Part shown: positions 46,536-55,070 of the stretch, piece after piece
How the letters are laid out: the number at the start of each line of letters is the position of its first letter
Position numbering within the stretch: the stretch's first letter is position 1
DNA from: Thermoflexus hugenholtzii JAD2
GTDB lineage: Bacteria; Chloroflexota; Dehalococcoidia; UBA2979
Assembly (NCBI GenBank): GCA_945903275.1
Contig: CAMDNW010000008.1
Coordinates: 5,895-69,894, forward strand
Reading direction: 5' to 3'
DNA length: 64,000 nucleotides
Position numbers and translations under genes: made by a program
Notes under the pieces: generated by a model
The model's database searches: none
What the model was told of the DNA's origin: nothing
The model's input: only the letters and a program-made list of their open reading frames with translations

Positions 46536-47513
46536 GTGACCTCCCGCATGACCCGCTTCCAGAAGCTCGCCGCCACAACCGTCATCGCGACACTCGTGCT
46601 GATCGCCATCGGTTCACTGGTGCGCACCACCGGCTCCGGTCTCGGCTGCCCTGACTGGCCCCTCTGCCACGGCAACTGGTACCCACCCCTCGAGCGCACC
46701 GCAATCATCGAGTACTCCCACCGCACCGCCGCAGCCATCGTCGGCCTGCTCATCGTCGCCGTAGCCGTCGTCGTCGCCACGCGGCATCGAGGCGACCGTG
46801 CGCTCCGCCTGCTCGCGCTCGGCTCGCTCCCGCTGCTCGCGTTCCAGGCCTGGCTCGGCAAGGTCACCGTCGAGCACGAACTTCCGCCCTCGGTCGTCAC
46901 ACTCCACCTCGCCAACGCACTCATTCTGCTCGCGATCCTCGCCGCCCTCGCAACCTACGCATTCCTCGGCACCGGCCGCACGCGTGTCGAGGCGCGCGCC
47001 GGGATGGCGAACGTGCTCCTCGCCTGCGCCATCGTCACCTACCTCGTGCTGATCTCCGGGGCGTATGTCGTGAACGCAGGCGCGACCACCGCATGCCCAT
47101 CGTGGCCGGGTTGCATCGCCGCACGCGTTCCGTTCCTCGAAGGTGGCTTTGAACAGCACGTTCACTGGCTCCACCGCATCACCGTGCTCGTCGGCACGGG
47201 TGCGGTCGCGCTCGCCGTGCTCACGGTCTTGCAGTCACCCGGCCGTGGTGACGCTGCGGTTTCCGAGGGCCTCCGCGTCTCCGCCTGGCTGCTCGGGGCA
47301 CTCTATCTCGGGCAAATCCTGGTCGGCGCCGCCAACATCTGGATGCAGTTTGCCGAGTCCGTCCGCATTGCCCACCTCGTACTCGGCGCGGCCATATGGG
47401 TGCTGCTCGTGGTCATGGCTGTGGTCGCCCGCTACCGCGCCGCGCCTGTCGCCTCGACCGCCGGACGCCCGGTGGATGCCAGCAGTACCAATGGCGAGGC
47501 GGTGCGCGCATGA
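46536..47513 (+). CDS. ctaA: heme A synthase (COX15/CtaA)
   Basis: VRTTGSGLGCPDWPLCHG...EYSHR...HWLHR. Confidence 0.88.
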   Translation: MTSRMTRFQKLAATTVIATLVLIAIGSLVRTTGSGLGCPDWPLCHGNWYPPLERTAIIEYSHRTAAAIVGLLIVAVAVVVATRHRGDRALRLLALGSLPLLAFQAWLGKVTVEHELPPSVVTLHLANALILLAILAALATYAFLGTGRTRVEARAGMANVLLACAIVTYLVLISGAYVVNAGATTACPSWPGCIAARVPFLEGGFEQHVHWLHRITVLVGTGAVALAVLTVLQSPGRGDAAVSEGLRVSAWLLGALYLGQILVGAANIWMQFAESVRIAHLVLGAAIWVLLVVMAVVARYRAAPVASTAGRPVDASSTNGEAVRA

Positions 47514-48406
47514 TGCCGACCAGCATGCCAGCCACCTTCGCCCAGACCGCCCGCGCATACGTCGCACTCACGAAGCCGAACATCATCTGGTTGTTACTGA
47601 TCACCACCGTCCCCGCGATGGTGCTCGCCGACCAGGGCTGGCCGGAAACGACACTCGTGCTCGCGACGCTCTTCGGCGGCGCGCTAGCCGCAGGCAGCGC
47701 GAACTCAATCAACCAGTACGCCGATCGTGACATCGACCAGCTCATGCGCCGCACCCGGCACCGCCCGCTCCCGCAGGGCATGGTGCCACCGATGCAGGCG
47801 ATGCGCTTCGGCCTCGCTCTCGGCGTACTTGCCGCAGTCTGGCTCGTGATTACGGTGAACCCGATTAGCGCGGCGCTCGCAGTCGGCGCGATTGCTTTTT
47901 ATGTCGTTATCTATACCTACTACCTGAAGCGCCACACTTGGCAGAACATCGTGATCGGTGGCGCGGCCGGAGCAGCCCCCACGCTCATCGGCTGGACGGC
48001 CGTCACCGGCGCGCTCGACAGCATCGAGCCGATCTTCTTGTTCCTCATCGTCTTCTGGTGGACGCCGCCGCATTTCTGGGCGCTCTCCCTCGTCCTCGAA
48101 GATGACTACCGAGATGCTGGCGTCCCCATGCTCCCCGTGGTGCAGGGCAAGAACGCTACCAAGGTGCAGATCGTGCTCTGGGCGATCATGACTGTCGCCC
48201 TCACCGTGCTCTTCGCGGGCGTCGCGCGCCTCGGCTGGGTCTACCTCGGTACAGCGGCCATCGGCGGCGCAGTGTTCATCGCCTACGCGCTCTATCTGCT
48301 CCGCGCCCCGGGCATCCAGGGCGCTTGGGGACTCTTCAAGTACAGCACCTACTACCTCGCGGCGCTGTTCGTAGCAATCCTCACCGACACGCTCATGTTG
48401 GCGTAG
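47510..48406 (+). CDS. ctaB: protoheme IX farnesyltransferase (heme O synthase)
   Basis: YVALTKPNIIWLLLITT...NQYADRDID..M.RT..RPL...WWTPPHFWAL. The ATG overlaps the ctaA TGA. Confidence 0.92.
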   Translation: MMPTSMPATFAQTARAYVALTKPNIIWLLLITTVPAMVLADQGWPETTLVLATLFGGALAAGSANSINQYADRDIDQLMRRTRHRPLPQGMVPPMQAMRFGLALGVLAAVWLVITVNPISAALAVGAIAFYVVIYTYYLKRHTWQNIVIGGAAGAAPTLIGWTAVTGALDSIEPIFLFLIVFWWTPPHFWALSLVLEDDYRDAGVPMLPVVQGKNATKVQIVLWAIMTVALTVLFAGVARLGWVYLGTAAIGGAVFIAYALYLLRAPGIQGAWGLFKYSTYYLAALFVAILTDTLMLA

Positions 48407-48412
48407 CGGCAC

Positions 48413-48943
48413 GTGACCGCCACCAACCTGATCGTCATCGGCCCGTCTGGTATCGGTAAGTCCATGCTGCTCGCTCGCGTCGCTGAACGTCTCGCGGGAC
48501 GCACTATCCGAGGCTTCAACAGCGCCTCGATGTGGGACGGCGACCGGCGTATCGGCTGGCGTCTTGACGCGTGCGATGGCAGCGACGGCGGCGTCTTCGC
48601 ACACCGCGACATGACATCAGAGACACGCATGGGCTCCTACGGCACGGATAGGGCGCTCTACAAACGCATCGTGCTCGCGCAGCTCGTGCCAATCGACACG
48701 AACGCCATCTACTTCATCGACGAGATCGGCTTCGGCCCTGAGTCGTCGCCCCCGGCTTACGAGGCAACCGTGGCACTCCTCGATTCACCGGCTCAGGTCA
48801 TCGCCATCGCCCGCTACCGCGACGACGGTCGGACACCCTTCGCGGAAGCGGTGAAGTGCCGCCCGGATGCCGAACTGATCGAGGTGAGCCTCGATAATCG
48901 CGAGGCGCTCGTGGACCAGATCGCCGGACGGTTCCTACACTAG
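48413..48943 (+). CDS. P-loop NTPase, THEP1/NTPase_1-like
   Basis: LIVIGPSGIGKSMLL (Walker A), IRGFNSASMWDGDRRIGWRL and FIDEIG (Walker B-like). Starts 6 nt after ctaB. Confidence 0.6.
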   Translation: MTATNLIVIGPSGIGKSMLLARVAERLAGRTIRGFNSASMWDGDRRIGWRLDACDGSDGGVFAHRDMTSETRMGSYGTDRALYKRIVLAQLVPIDTNAIYFIDEIGFGPESSPPAYEATVALLDSPAQVIAIARYRDDGRTPFAEAVKCRPDAELIEVSLDNREALVDQIAGRFLH

Positions 48944-49704
48944 CTCCGCGGCTCCCACGAGAAGTACCGCCACGCCACCAGCGCGCCTCCGATGCCCCAC
49001 AGCGCCAGCACCAAGAGGTCGGCTGCTTCAAAGCCAAGGCCGGTCTCGAAGGGGTTGAACGCCGTCTGGAGTGCGCTCGATAGATGTCGGATCGGGAAGA
49101 TATCAGCCACCGTCGTCAGCCAGGCTGGTGCACGGCCCGGCGATATGAAGATGTCCGAGATGAACAGCAGCGGCAGCACGATCGCGTTGATCACCGCCGG
49201 CGCCGCATCCGCGTTCGGCCCGATAGCCGCGACCGCGAGGCCGAGCGATGCGAAACAGGCGGCCCCCAGCACCAGCGTGACGATGAACGCAGGCATCGTG
49301 TTCGTTGGCACGCTCACACCTGAGAACAGTGCTCCAGCGGCCACCACAATCCCCACCATGCATACCGCAACGAGGCTCACCACGAGCACCCGCGCTGCGA
49401 GGTACGTCGATGCTGGGAGCGGTGTACCTCGTACTCGCTTCAGTACGCCTCGGTCGCGGGAGATCGCCGCGCCGGTCGCGAGGCCCGTAAAGCACGAGTT
49501 CACAATCGACATCGCCGCGATCGCTGGCACATAGAACGTCGAGGCGCGCGCGACACCGCCGGGTATCCGTATCTCCTCGTTGCCGAAGAGCAAATTAAAG
49601 ATGACGAAAAAGATCAGCGGAAAGATACCGCCAAAGAAAACTGCGGGCGGATTGCGCCAGAACGCCTTCCACTCGTATCCCGCCTGGTGCAGCAGCAGTC
49701 TCAC
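48940..49704 (-). CDS. ABC-2-type transporter permease
   Basis: 254 aa with six hydrophobic spans. Overlaps the upstream ATPase gene by 4 nt. Confidence 0.8.
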   Translation of the reverse strand: MRLLLHQAGYEWKAFWRNPPAVFFGGIFPLIFFVIFNLLFGNEEIRIPGGVARASTFYVPAIAAMSIVNSCFTGLATGAAISRDRGVLKRVRGTPLPASTYLAARVLVVSLVAVCMVGIVVAAGALFSGVSVPTNTMPAFIVTLVLGAACFASLGLAVAAIGPNADAAPAVINAIVLPLLFISDIFISPGRAPAWLTTVADIFPIRHLSSALQTAFNPFETGLGFEAADLLVLALWGIGGALVAWRYFSWEPRS

Positions 49705-50618
49705 GAGGCGTGCTCTTCGGCCGCACCGACGAGCGAGAGGTACACGTCCTCAAGCGATGGGCGCATGACAGTCAGCCCCGCTAGCACAGCACCGCGTTCC
49801 GTCGACCACCGCGTCAGTTCGAATAGCATCCGGGTCGGCTCGCCACTCTCGATGGTCACAAGACCGTCAGCAATGCGCGCGGCGATGCCCGGAGGCAGCG
49901 CCACACTGTCCGCAGGCAGCCAGAACTGGATCGTCGTCACATCTCGCACGTTCATCAATGACTGCGGCGTACCTTCGGCGATGATCCGGCCAGCCGTGAT
50001 AATCGCGACATGATCCGCCAGTTGCTCTGCTTCATCGAGGTAGTGCGTGGTAAGGAACACAGTCTTCCCAAGCGTACGGAGGTTGCGAATCATCTCCCAC
50101 GCCTGCCGCCGCGCACTGGGGTCGAAGCCTGTCGTCGGCTCATCGAGGAACAATAGTTCCGGGTCGCCTGCCAACCCGATCGCGACATCGAGCCGCCGCT
50201 GCTGGCCGCCCGACAACCGCCGCACTCGCGTCTGCTTCTGGTCTTCAAGGCCGACCACCGCCAGCACCTCATCCACCGGGCGTGGATGCACGTAGTAGCC
50301 ACCAAACAGCGCCACCGCCTCACCAACGCTCAGATAGGGGTCGACGCCCGTCGTTTGGAGCACGATGCCGATGCGCTCCTGGTACACCCGCTCATGTCGC
50401 GCCGGGTCGTGCCCGAGCACCGACACATCGCCACCTGTGCGTTCGCGATGTCCTTCGAGAATCTCGACGGTCGTAGTTTTCCCCGCCCCATTGGGGCCGA
50501 GCAGCGCAAACACCTCACCGCGCGCCACGCGCAAGTCGATGCCGCGGACAGCCTCATACGTCCCGTAGGTCTTGCGGAGACCCGTGACGGCGATGGCATC
50601 ACTGGCGGAAGTGGTCAT
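49701..50618 (-). CDS. ABC transporter ATP-binding protein (DrrA/ABC-2 exporter type)
   Basis: GPNGAGKTTT, LSGGQQRRLDVA and LLFLDEPT. Start taken at the ATG at 50618 (MTTSASDAIAV). Confidence 0.9.
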   Translation of the reverse strand: MTTSASDAIAVTGLRKTYGTYEAVRGIDLRVARGEVFALLGPNGAGKTTTVEILEGHRERTGGDVSVLGHDPARHERVYQERIGIVLQTTGVDPYLSVGEAVALFGGYYVHPRPVDEVLAVVGLEDQKQTRVRRLSGGQQRRLDVAIGLAGDPELLFLDEPTTGFDPSARRQAWEMIRNLRTLGKTVFLTTHYLDEAEQLADHVAIITAGRIIAEGTPQSLMNVRDVTTIQFWLPADSVALPPGIAARIADGLVTIESGEPTRMLFELTRWSTERGAVLAGLTVMRPSLEDVYLSLVGAAEEHAS

Positions 50619-50686
50619 ACGATGCAGCCTTGCACCTTGCCGAGGCGAGAGCAAACCGACGCGTACGACCGCTACCTACTGACGTG

Positions 50687-51484
50687 CTACCCGATCACCT
50701 CGAGCAGCCGGAACTCGAGCGCACCCGACGGCGCTTCGGCGGTCACCTCGTCGCCGGCGCTGCGGTTGATCACGGCCTTGCCGACGGGCGATTCGATCGA
50801 GATTTTGCTGTTCGAGGGATCCACCTCATTCGGGCTGACCAGGTGGAAGGTCTGCTCCTTGCCGTTTTTCAGGTTGAGCAACCGGATCGTGGAACCCACA
50901 TTCGCACGGCCTGCCTTCGAGTCGGCATCAATGATCACCGCGTGACGTAACTGGTACTCAATCTGCCGGATGTGCGCCTCGAGCTTGCCTTGCTCATCGC
51001 GTGCGGCATCCAATGGCGCATTCTCACGGAAGTCCTTGTCCGCCATTGCCGTACGCAATGCTTCCGCGATCACTGGACGCGTCGCCTTCAACTCTTCCAG
51101 TTCTTTTTCGAGAGCCGCAAGACCATCGATCGTCACGAAGTACGGGTCACCGTCGATCACCGCACCGGGCACCCGCCGCCCAGTAGCCCCCGTGAACCGC
51201 AGGAACGGCACCAGATCCTCATCCAGAAATGCGACGCGCGCCGAGTGCGCCAGGAACGCCCGCACCGGCTCCAGCGACTTCAGCTCCACCTCGTTGGGCA
51301 GGCGCTTCCGTTCAGCAGCCGCATACTGGCCCACGTCCGCACCCGTCAGTTCACTCAACTGCCGGTCACGCCCGAACCACTCAATGAAGCGCTCCACCCC
51401 TTCGCGGTCATCGCGGGCGCGCTCCGGCTCTATGCCCGCGAGGAAATGCGCCACTGCTTCCGCTGCCGTCTTGTTCTCTACCAA
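50687..51484 (-). CDS. GreA/GreB-family factor with ~110-aa N-terminal extension
   Basis: The C-terminal ~155 aa are TIDGLAALEKELEELKATRPVIAEALRTAMADKDFRENAPLDAARDEQGKLEAHIRQIEYQL...GSTIRLLNLKNGKEQTFHLVSP...ISIESPVGKAVINRSAGDEV, i.e. a GreA coiled coil plus globular domain. The N-terminal 110 aa are unrelated to GreA. Confidence 0.8.
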   Translation of the reverse strand: MVENKTAAEAVAHFLAGIEPERARDDREGVERFIEWFGRDRQLSELTGADVGQYAAAERKRLPNEVELKSLEPVRAFLAHSARVAFLDEDLVPFLRFTGATGRRVPGAVIDGDPYFVTIDGLAALEKELEELKATRPVIAEALRTAMADKDFRENAPLDAARDEQGKLEAHIRQIEYQLRHAVIIDADSKAGRANVGSTIRLLNLKNGKEQTFHLVSPNEVDPSNSKISIESPVGKAVINRSAGDEVTAEAPSGALEFRLLEVIG

Positions 51485-51601
51485 CGCACAGCCCTCCGCG
51501 CCCCCTGGGTCAGCCGACGCTGACGCGGGAACGCTGACTCGATACCAACCTGCGTCGGTGTTAGATGATGTATGTCTAGTCTAGGAGATCGCTGGCCGCC
51601 G

Positions 51602-52375
51602 ATGTCAACCCCGCCAACCCCGCCAACCCCGCCAACCCCGCCAACCCTCGACGTGCTCCGCGCGGAGGCCGAGCGCCTCGCGCTTCCGCTCGATACCCAG
51701 GCACTCATGCGCTTCGCTCGCTACCAGGCGCTCCTGAGAGAGTGGCACGACCGTGCCGGCCTCACCGCCATCACCGACCCCGCGGAGGTGCAGCGCCGCC
51801 ACTTCGGCGAGTCACTGGCGCTCCTCGCCGCTCTCCGCTTCGTGGGCATCCTTCTGCCCGGTGCCCAGACGCACATAGCCGACCTTGGCACTGGCGCGGG
51901 GTTCCCCGGTCTCCCCATGCATATCGCCGACCCGTCCTTACATCTCACGCTGATCGAGTCGAACAGCCGCCGCTGCCGCTTCCTTGAAGCCGTGGTCGCT
52001 GACCTCGGCCTCGATCACGTTGAGGTGATCAACCTCCGCGCGGAGGAAGCCGGCCGCGTCCCTAACCTCCGCGAGCACTTTGAGGTGGTTGTCGCCCGTG
52101 CGCTTTCAGCCATGAATGTGCTGGTGGAGTACGCACTCCCGCTACTCCGCGACGGCGGCCTCCTGGCGGCCCCCAAGGGCAGCCGTGCCCTCGATGAACT
52201 CGCCGAGGCTGCCCCCGCGATAGCCGCGCTCGGCGGTACCGCCCCGGATCCGCTCACGTTGCCTCAGCCTTCGTACGCCCCGCCACAGTACGTCATGCTC
52301 GTTCGCCGCACCGGCGCCCTCCAGGACCGCTATCCTCGAAGGCCTGGAATGCCCACCCGCCGGCCGCTCGCCTGA
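51602..52375 (+). CDS. rsmG: 16S rRNA (guanine527-N7)-methyltransferase RsmG
   Basis: LLREWHDRAGLTAITDPAEVQRRHFGESL...ADLGTGAGFPGLP. Either ATG 51602 (AGGAG 14 nt upstream) or ATG 51572 could be the start. Confidence 0.85.
   Translation: MSTPPTPPTPPTPPTLDVLRAEAERLALPLDTQALMRFARYQALLREWHDRAGLTAITDPAEVQRRHFGESLALLAALRFVGILLPGAQTHIADLGTGAGFPGLPMHIADPSLHLTLIESNSRRCRFLEAVVADLGLDHVEVINLRAEEAGRVPNLREHFEVVVARALSAMNVLVEYALPLLRDGGLLAAPKGSRALDELAEAAPAIAALGGTAPDPLTLPQPSYAPPQYVMLVRRTGALQDRYPRRPGMPTRRPLA
51607..51647. repeat. 9-bp in-frame tandem repeat AACCCCGCC x4.5 (encodes PPT repeats) at the rsmG 5' end
   Basis: Read directly: aaccccgcc aaccccgcc aaccccgcc aaccccgcc aaccc. It encodes M S T PPT PPT PPT PPT L. 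Confidence 0.9.
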
Positions 52376-52410
52376 ATCCTCGGCTGCGGGGTGTACCATC
52401 ACCCCGTTCG

Positions 52411-53040
52411 GTGACAAGGAACCCTCCGCTGCGCGTACTTACTGACCTCATCGCCCGTCTCCGATCGCTCGCGATGCCGAACGCCGTCGCGCTTCGTGGT
52501 GATGCAGCGAGCACAGAGTCCGCGCTCGTGGTCGCCGCCCTCGCGATGCTCGCGCTCGGCACCGGTGGGTGGCTCTGGTGGTGGCGTAGCGGCTTTGGCG
52601 ATCTGCAGGGCGTCTTCATCAAGAGCGTGCTCTTCGGGACGGTAGTGTCATTCGCCTGCTGGCTCGGCTGGCTCGTCGTCGTCTACGCGCTCCTCCAACG
52701 CCTTGCCACCACGGTCATCCCGATGGATCGCCTGATCCGTGAGGCTGGTCTGGCTACCGCGCCACTCGCCCTCGGTTTGCTCATGGCACTCCCGCTGCTC
52801 TCGTTCCCCATCGGCCTCGTCGCTATCGCCGCCTGGGTCGTCTCCATGCAGCAAGCCATCGAACGCGCCTCCGACCTGCGAGGCGTACCGGTCTTCCTCG
52901 CGAACCTCGCGGGCTTCGCGCTGTGGGCGGGTGTGCTCTCGCTGCTCACCACTGCCTCGCAACCCCTTGCGCCCGGCCCGTTCCTCGCGGAGTCCGTCTG
53001 GGAGGCGATCGCCCACTACAAGCCTGCTATCACGAACTGA
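52411..53040 (+). CDS. polytopic membrane protein, unknown function (Yip1-like topology possible)
   Basis: 209 aa with about five hydrophobic spans. GTG start. Confidence 0.55.
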   Translation: MTRNPPLRVLTDLIARLRSLAMPNAVALRGDAASTESALVVAALAMLALGTGGWLWWWRSGFGDLQGVFIKSVLFGTVVSFACWLGWLVVVYALLQRLATTVIPMDRLIREAGLATAPLALGLLMALPLLSFPIGLVAIAAWVVSMQQAIERASDLRGVPVFLANLAGFALWAGVLSLLTTASQPLAPGPFLAESVWEAIAHYKPAITN

Positions 53041-53070
53041 GCCTTGTGCCACTCGCGCTTCGGAAATTGA

Positions 53071-53665
53071 TCGTCCACGCGATACCATGACTGGAACGCC
53101 TACCTCGCCGTCGACGATGTGGACGCCGTCACGGCGAAGGTAGCGGCGGCAGACGGCAGGCGGCAGCATCATCGCTCCTGCGTTCGACGTGATGGAGGAA
53201 GGCCGCATGGCCGTCGCCGCCGACCCAACCGGCGGCATCATCTGCTTCTGGCAGGCGAAGAATCACCGCGGCTTCGGCCGCGTCCACGAGCACGGCGCGG
53301 TCTGTTGGGCCGAACTAGTGACAGACGACCTCGCGCGCGCTGGCACATTCTTCACCGACATCCTCGGCGTATCGACAGCGCTGATGCCGATGGGCGACGG
53401 CGTACTCTAGACACTCCTCGGCCTCCAAGGTGAGGAAGGCGCGAGCATCATGCAGAAGACGCCCGAAATGGGCCCGATGCCTAACACCTGGGCCGTCTAC
53501 TTCGAGGTCGATGACACTGACGCCACCGTCGCGCGCGCCCAGCAACTCGGCGCAGCGGTGCTCCAGCCGCCGATGGACATCATGCCCGGCCGCTTCGCCA
53601 TACTGGCCGATCCACAGGGCGCCGTCTTCGGTGTCATCAAGTCGGCGCCGATGCCTGCGAACTAA
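53071..53665 (+). pseudogene. decayed VOC (glyoxalase/bleomycin-resistance fold) two-domain protein
   Basis: WNAYLAVDDVDAVTAKVAAA is in frame 1. After a +1 shift near 53150-53165 the sequence reads GGSIIAPAFDVMEEGRMAVAADPTGGIICFWQAKNHRGFGRVHEHGAVCWAELVTDDLARAGTFFTDILG...DGVL*TLLGLQGEEGASIMQKTPEMGPMPNTWAVYFEVDDTDATVARAQQLGAAVLQPPMDIMPGRFAILADPQGAVFGVI. There is an in-frame TAG at 53408..53410. The N-terminal half of domain 1 is missing. Confidence 0.6.
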
Positions 53666-53693
53666 CCTCACGCATCCGGCATCTAGTGAACAC

Positions 53694-53725
53694 AACAAAG
53701 GCGGGCCTTGCGGCCCGCCTTTGTT
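53694..53725. terminator. bidirectional intrinsic-terminator-like hairpin
   Basis: AACAAAGGCGGGCC-TTGC-GGCCCGCCTTTGTT is a perfect 14-bp stem whose A/T-rich flanks form part of the stem. It lies between the convergent VOC relic and the SBP gene. Confidence 0.7.
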
Positions 53726-53747
53726 GATCCCGATCCAGAAGCAGCGC

Positions 53748-54839
53748 CTACTTGAGAATCCCTGCCTCACGCATCAGTTTCACCGTGCCCTGCAAGTCTT
53801 CCAGTTTGTTCAGGTCAATCGCCGGCGGCTTGATCTCCGCAATCGACTTCAGGTCGGCATTCGCCGCCACCGTCGATACCACCGGGTACTCGAACGTCTC
53901 GTCGACGAAGTACTTCTGACCGACGTCGCTCACCAAATACGCGATCAGCGCCTGCGCAGCAGGCTGGTTCTTCGACGACTTCAACACGCCAGCACCGGCC
54001 ACGTTCACCAGGCTGCCGATGTCACCAGCCGCCGTGTAGTAGTTCTTCGCGGACAGCGCTGGATCTTGCTTGCCCAACTGGTAGGCGTAGTAGTGATTGA
54101 CGAAGCCAACAGTGATCTCGCCCTTGGACACCGCCTGAACGATGGCGCCGTTGTTCGCGAACTCGACTGCGCCGTTCGTCTTGATCGCCTCCAGCCACGC
54201 CTTTGCCTTCGCATTGCCCTGCGCAACCCGCAGCGCAGTCACAAATGACTGCAATGAGGCGTTCGTCGGAGCCCAGCCGATCTTTCCCTTCCACTTCGGG
54301 TCGGTGAACTCGATAATTGACTTCGGCAGCGTCGCCGGATCCGTCGTCTTTGGGTTGTAGACCACGACGCGTGCGCGGCCCGACAGTCCCACCCACTGTC
54401 CCGCCGCCGAGCGGTATAGCGGGTTCACGCGCTCTAATGCACCCGCGTCGACCTTCGTGAACAGAGCGGCGTGCTCCACAGCGCCCAGCGCGCCACCGTC
54501 CTGAGCGATGTACACGTCCGCTGGGCTGCGATCTTTCTCCTCCAACAAGGTTGAGGCCAATGCGGTCGTGTCGCCGTAGCGCACGTTCACCTTGATCCCG
54601 GAATCCGTCGCAAATCGCTTGATGATCGGCCCAACCAGCGCCTCGTTACGGCCGGAGTAGACGGTGATCGACCCCGACGGCCGAAGGGTTGGTGTAGTCA
54701 CCGCCGTGGCTGCCGCAGTCGGTGTGGCCTCCGTTCCCGCCGCCTGCTCTCCACCCGTGCCGCAAGCGGCCGCCACAAGAAGGCCAAGCGCTAGCAGGAC
54801 ATCCGCAGCGCCTCCCCGCCAGTGATTCCCAAAACGCAT
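53748..54839 (-). CDS. ABC transporter substrate-binding lipoprotein, Fe(III)/FbpA-AfuA-like
   Basis: Lipobox LLVAAAC, then ITVYSGRNEALVGPIIKRFATDSGIKVNVRYGDT...SPADVYIAQDGGALG. Confidence 0.82.
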   Translation of the reverse strand: MRFGNHWRGGAADVLLALGLLVAAACGTGGEQAAGTEATPTAAATAVTTPTLRPSGSITVYSGRNEALVGPIIKRFATDSGIKVNVRYGDTTALASTLLEEKDRSPADVYIAQDGGALGAVEHAALFTKVDAGALERVNPLYRSAAGQWVGLSGRARVVVYNPKTTDPATLPKSIIEFTDPKWKGKIGWAPTNASLQSFVTALRVAQGNAKAKAWLEAIKTNGAVEFANNGAIVQAVSKGEITVGFVNHYYAYQLGKQDPALSAKNYYTAAGDIGSLVNVAGAGVLKSSKNQPAAQALIAYLVSDVGQKYFVDETFEYPVVSTVAANADLKSIAEIKPPAIDLNKLEDLQGTVKLMREAGILK

Positions 54840-55070
54840 ACCTCAACTCCTCAGACGGTGTCCGTACGCGTTACTACGCACAGAGTTTGTAACGGCACAT
54901 ATCTTTAGTTAGCACACACATACAAGCAATGTGTTGATACACACTTAAATCTATGTAATCCTTACTACATGCCGGAGTGTTGTAGTACGAAACATCGCTC
55001 CCCCATAGCATGTAGTCATCTCTACTCGCCCGCGCACGAGGCCGCCGTACGCCGAGGAGCCCTTAGCCAT
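54840..55070. promoter_or_regulatory. AT-rich divergent control region of the Fe-type ABC transporter, with several dyads
   Basis: Visibly lower GC than the surroundings. Dyads are ACACAT-N7-ATGTGT (54916..54934), GTGT-TGAT-ACAC (54931..54942) and TACTACA-N11-TGTAGTA (54963..54987). Confidence 0.4.

Noticed and set aside
54900-54950. IdeR/DtxR or Fur box in the Fe-ABC control region (ttagttagcacacacata)
   Set aside because: Only the first TTAG..TTAG resembles the IdeR half-site as I remember it, and the second half-site is absent. I therefore report only the dyads actually seen.
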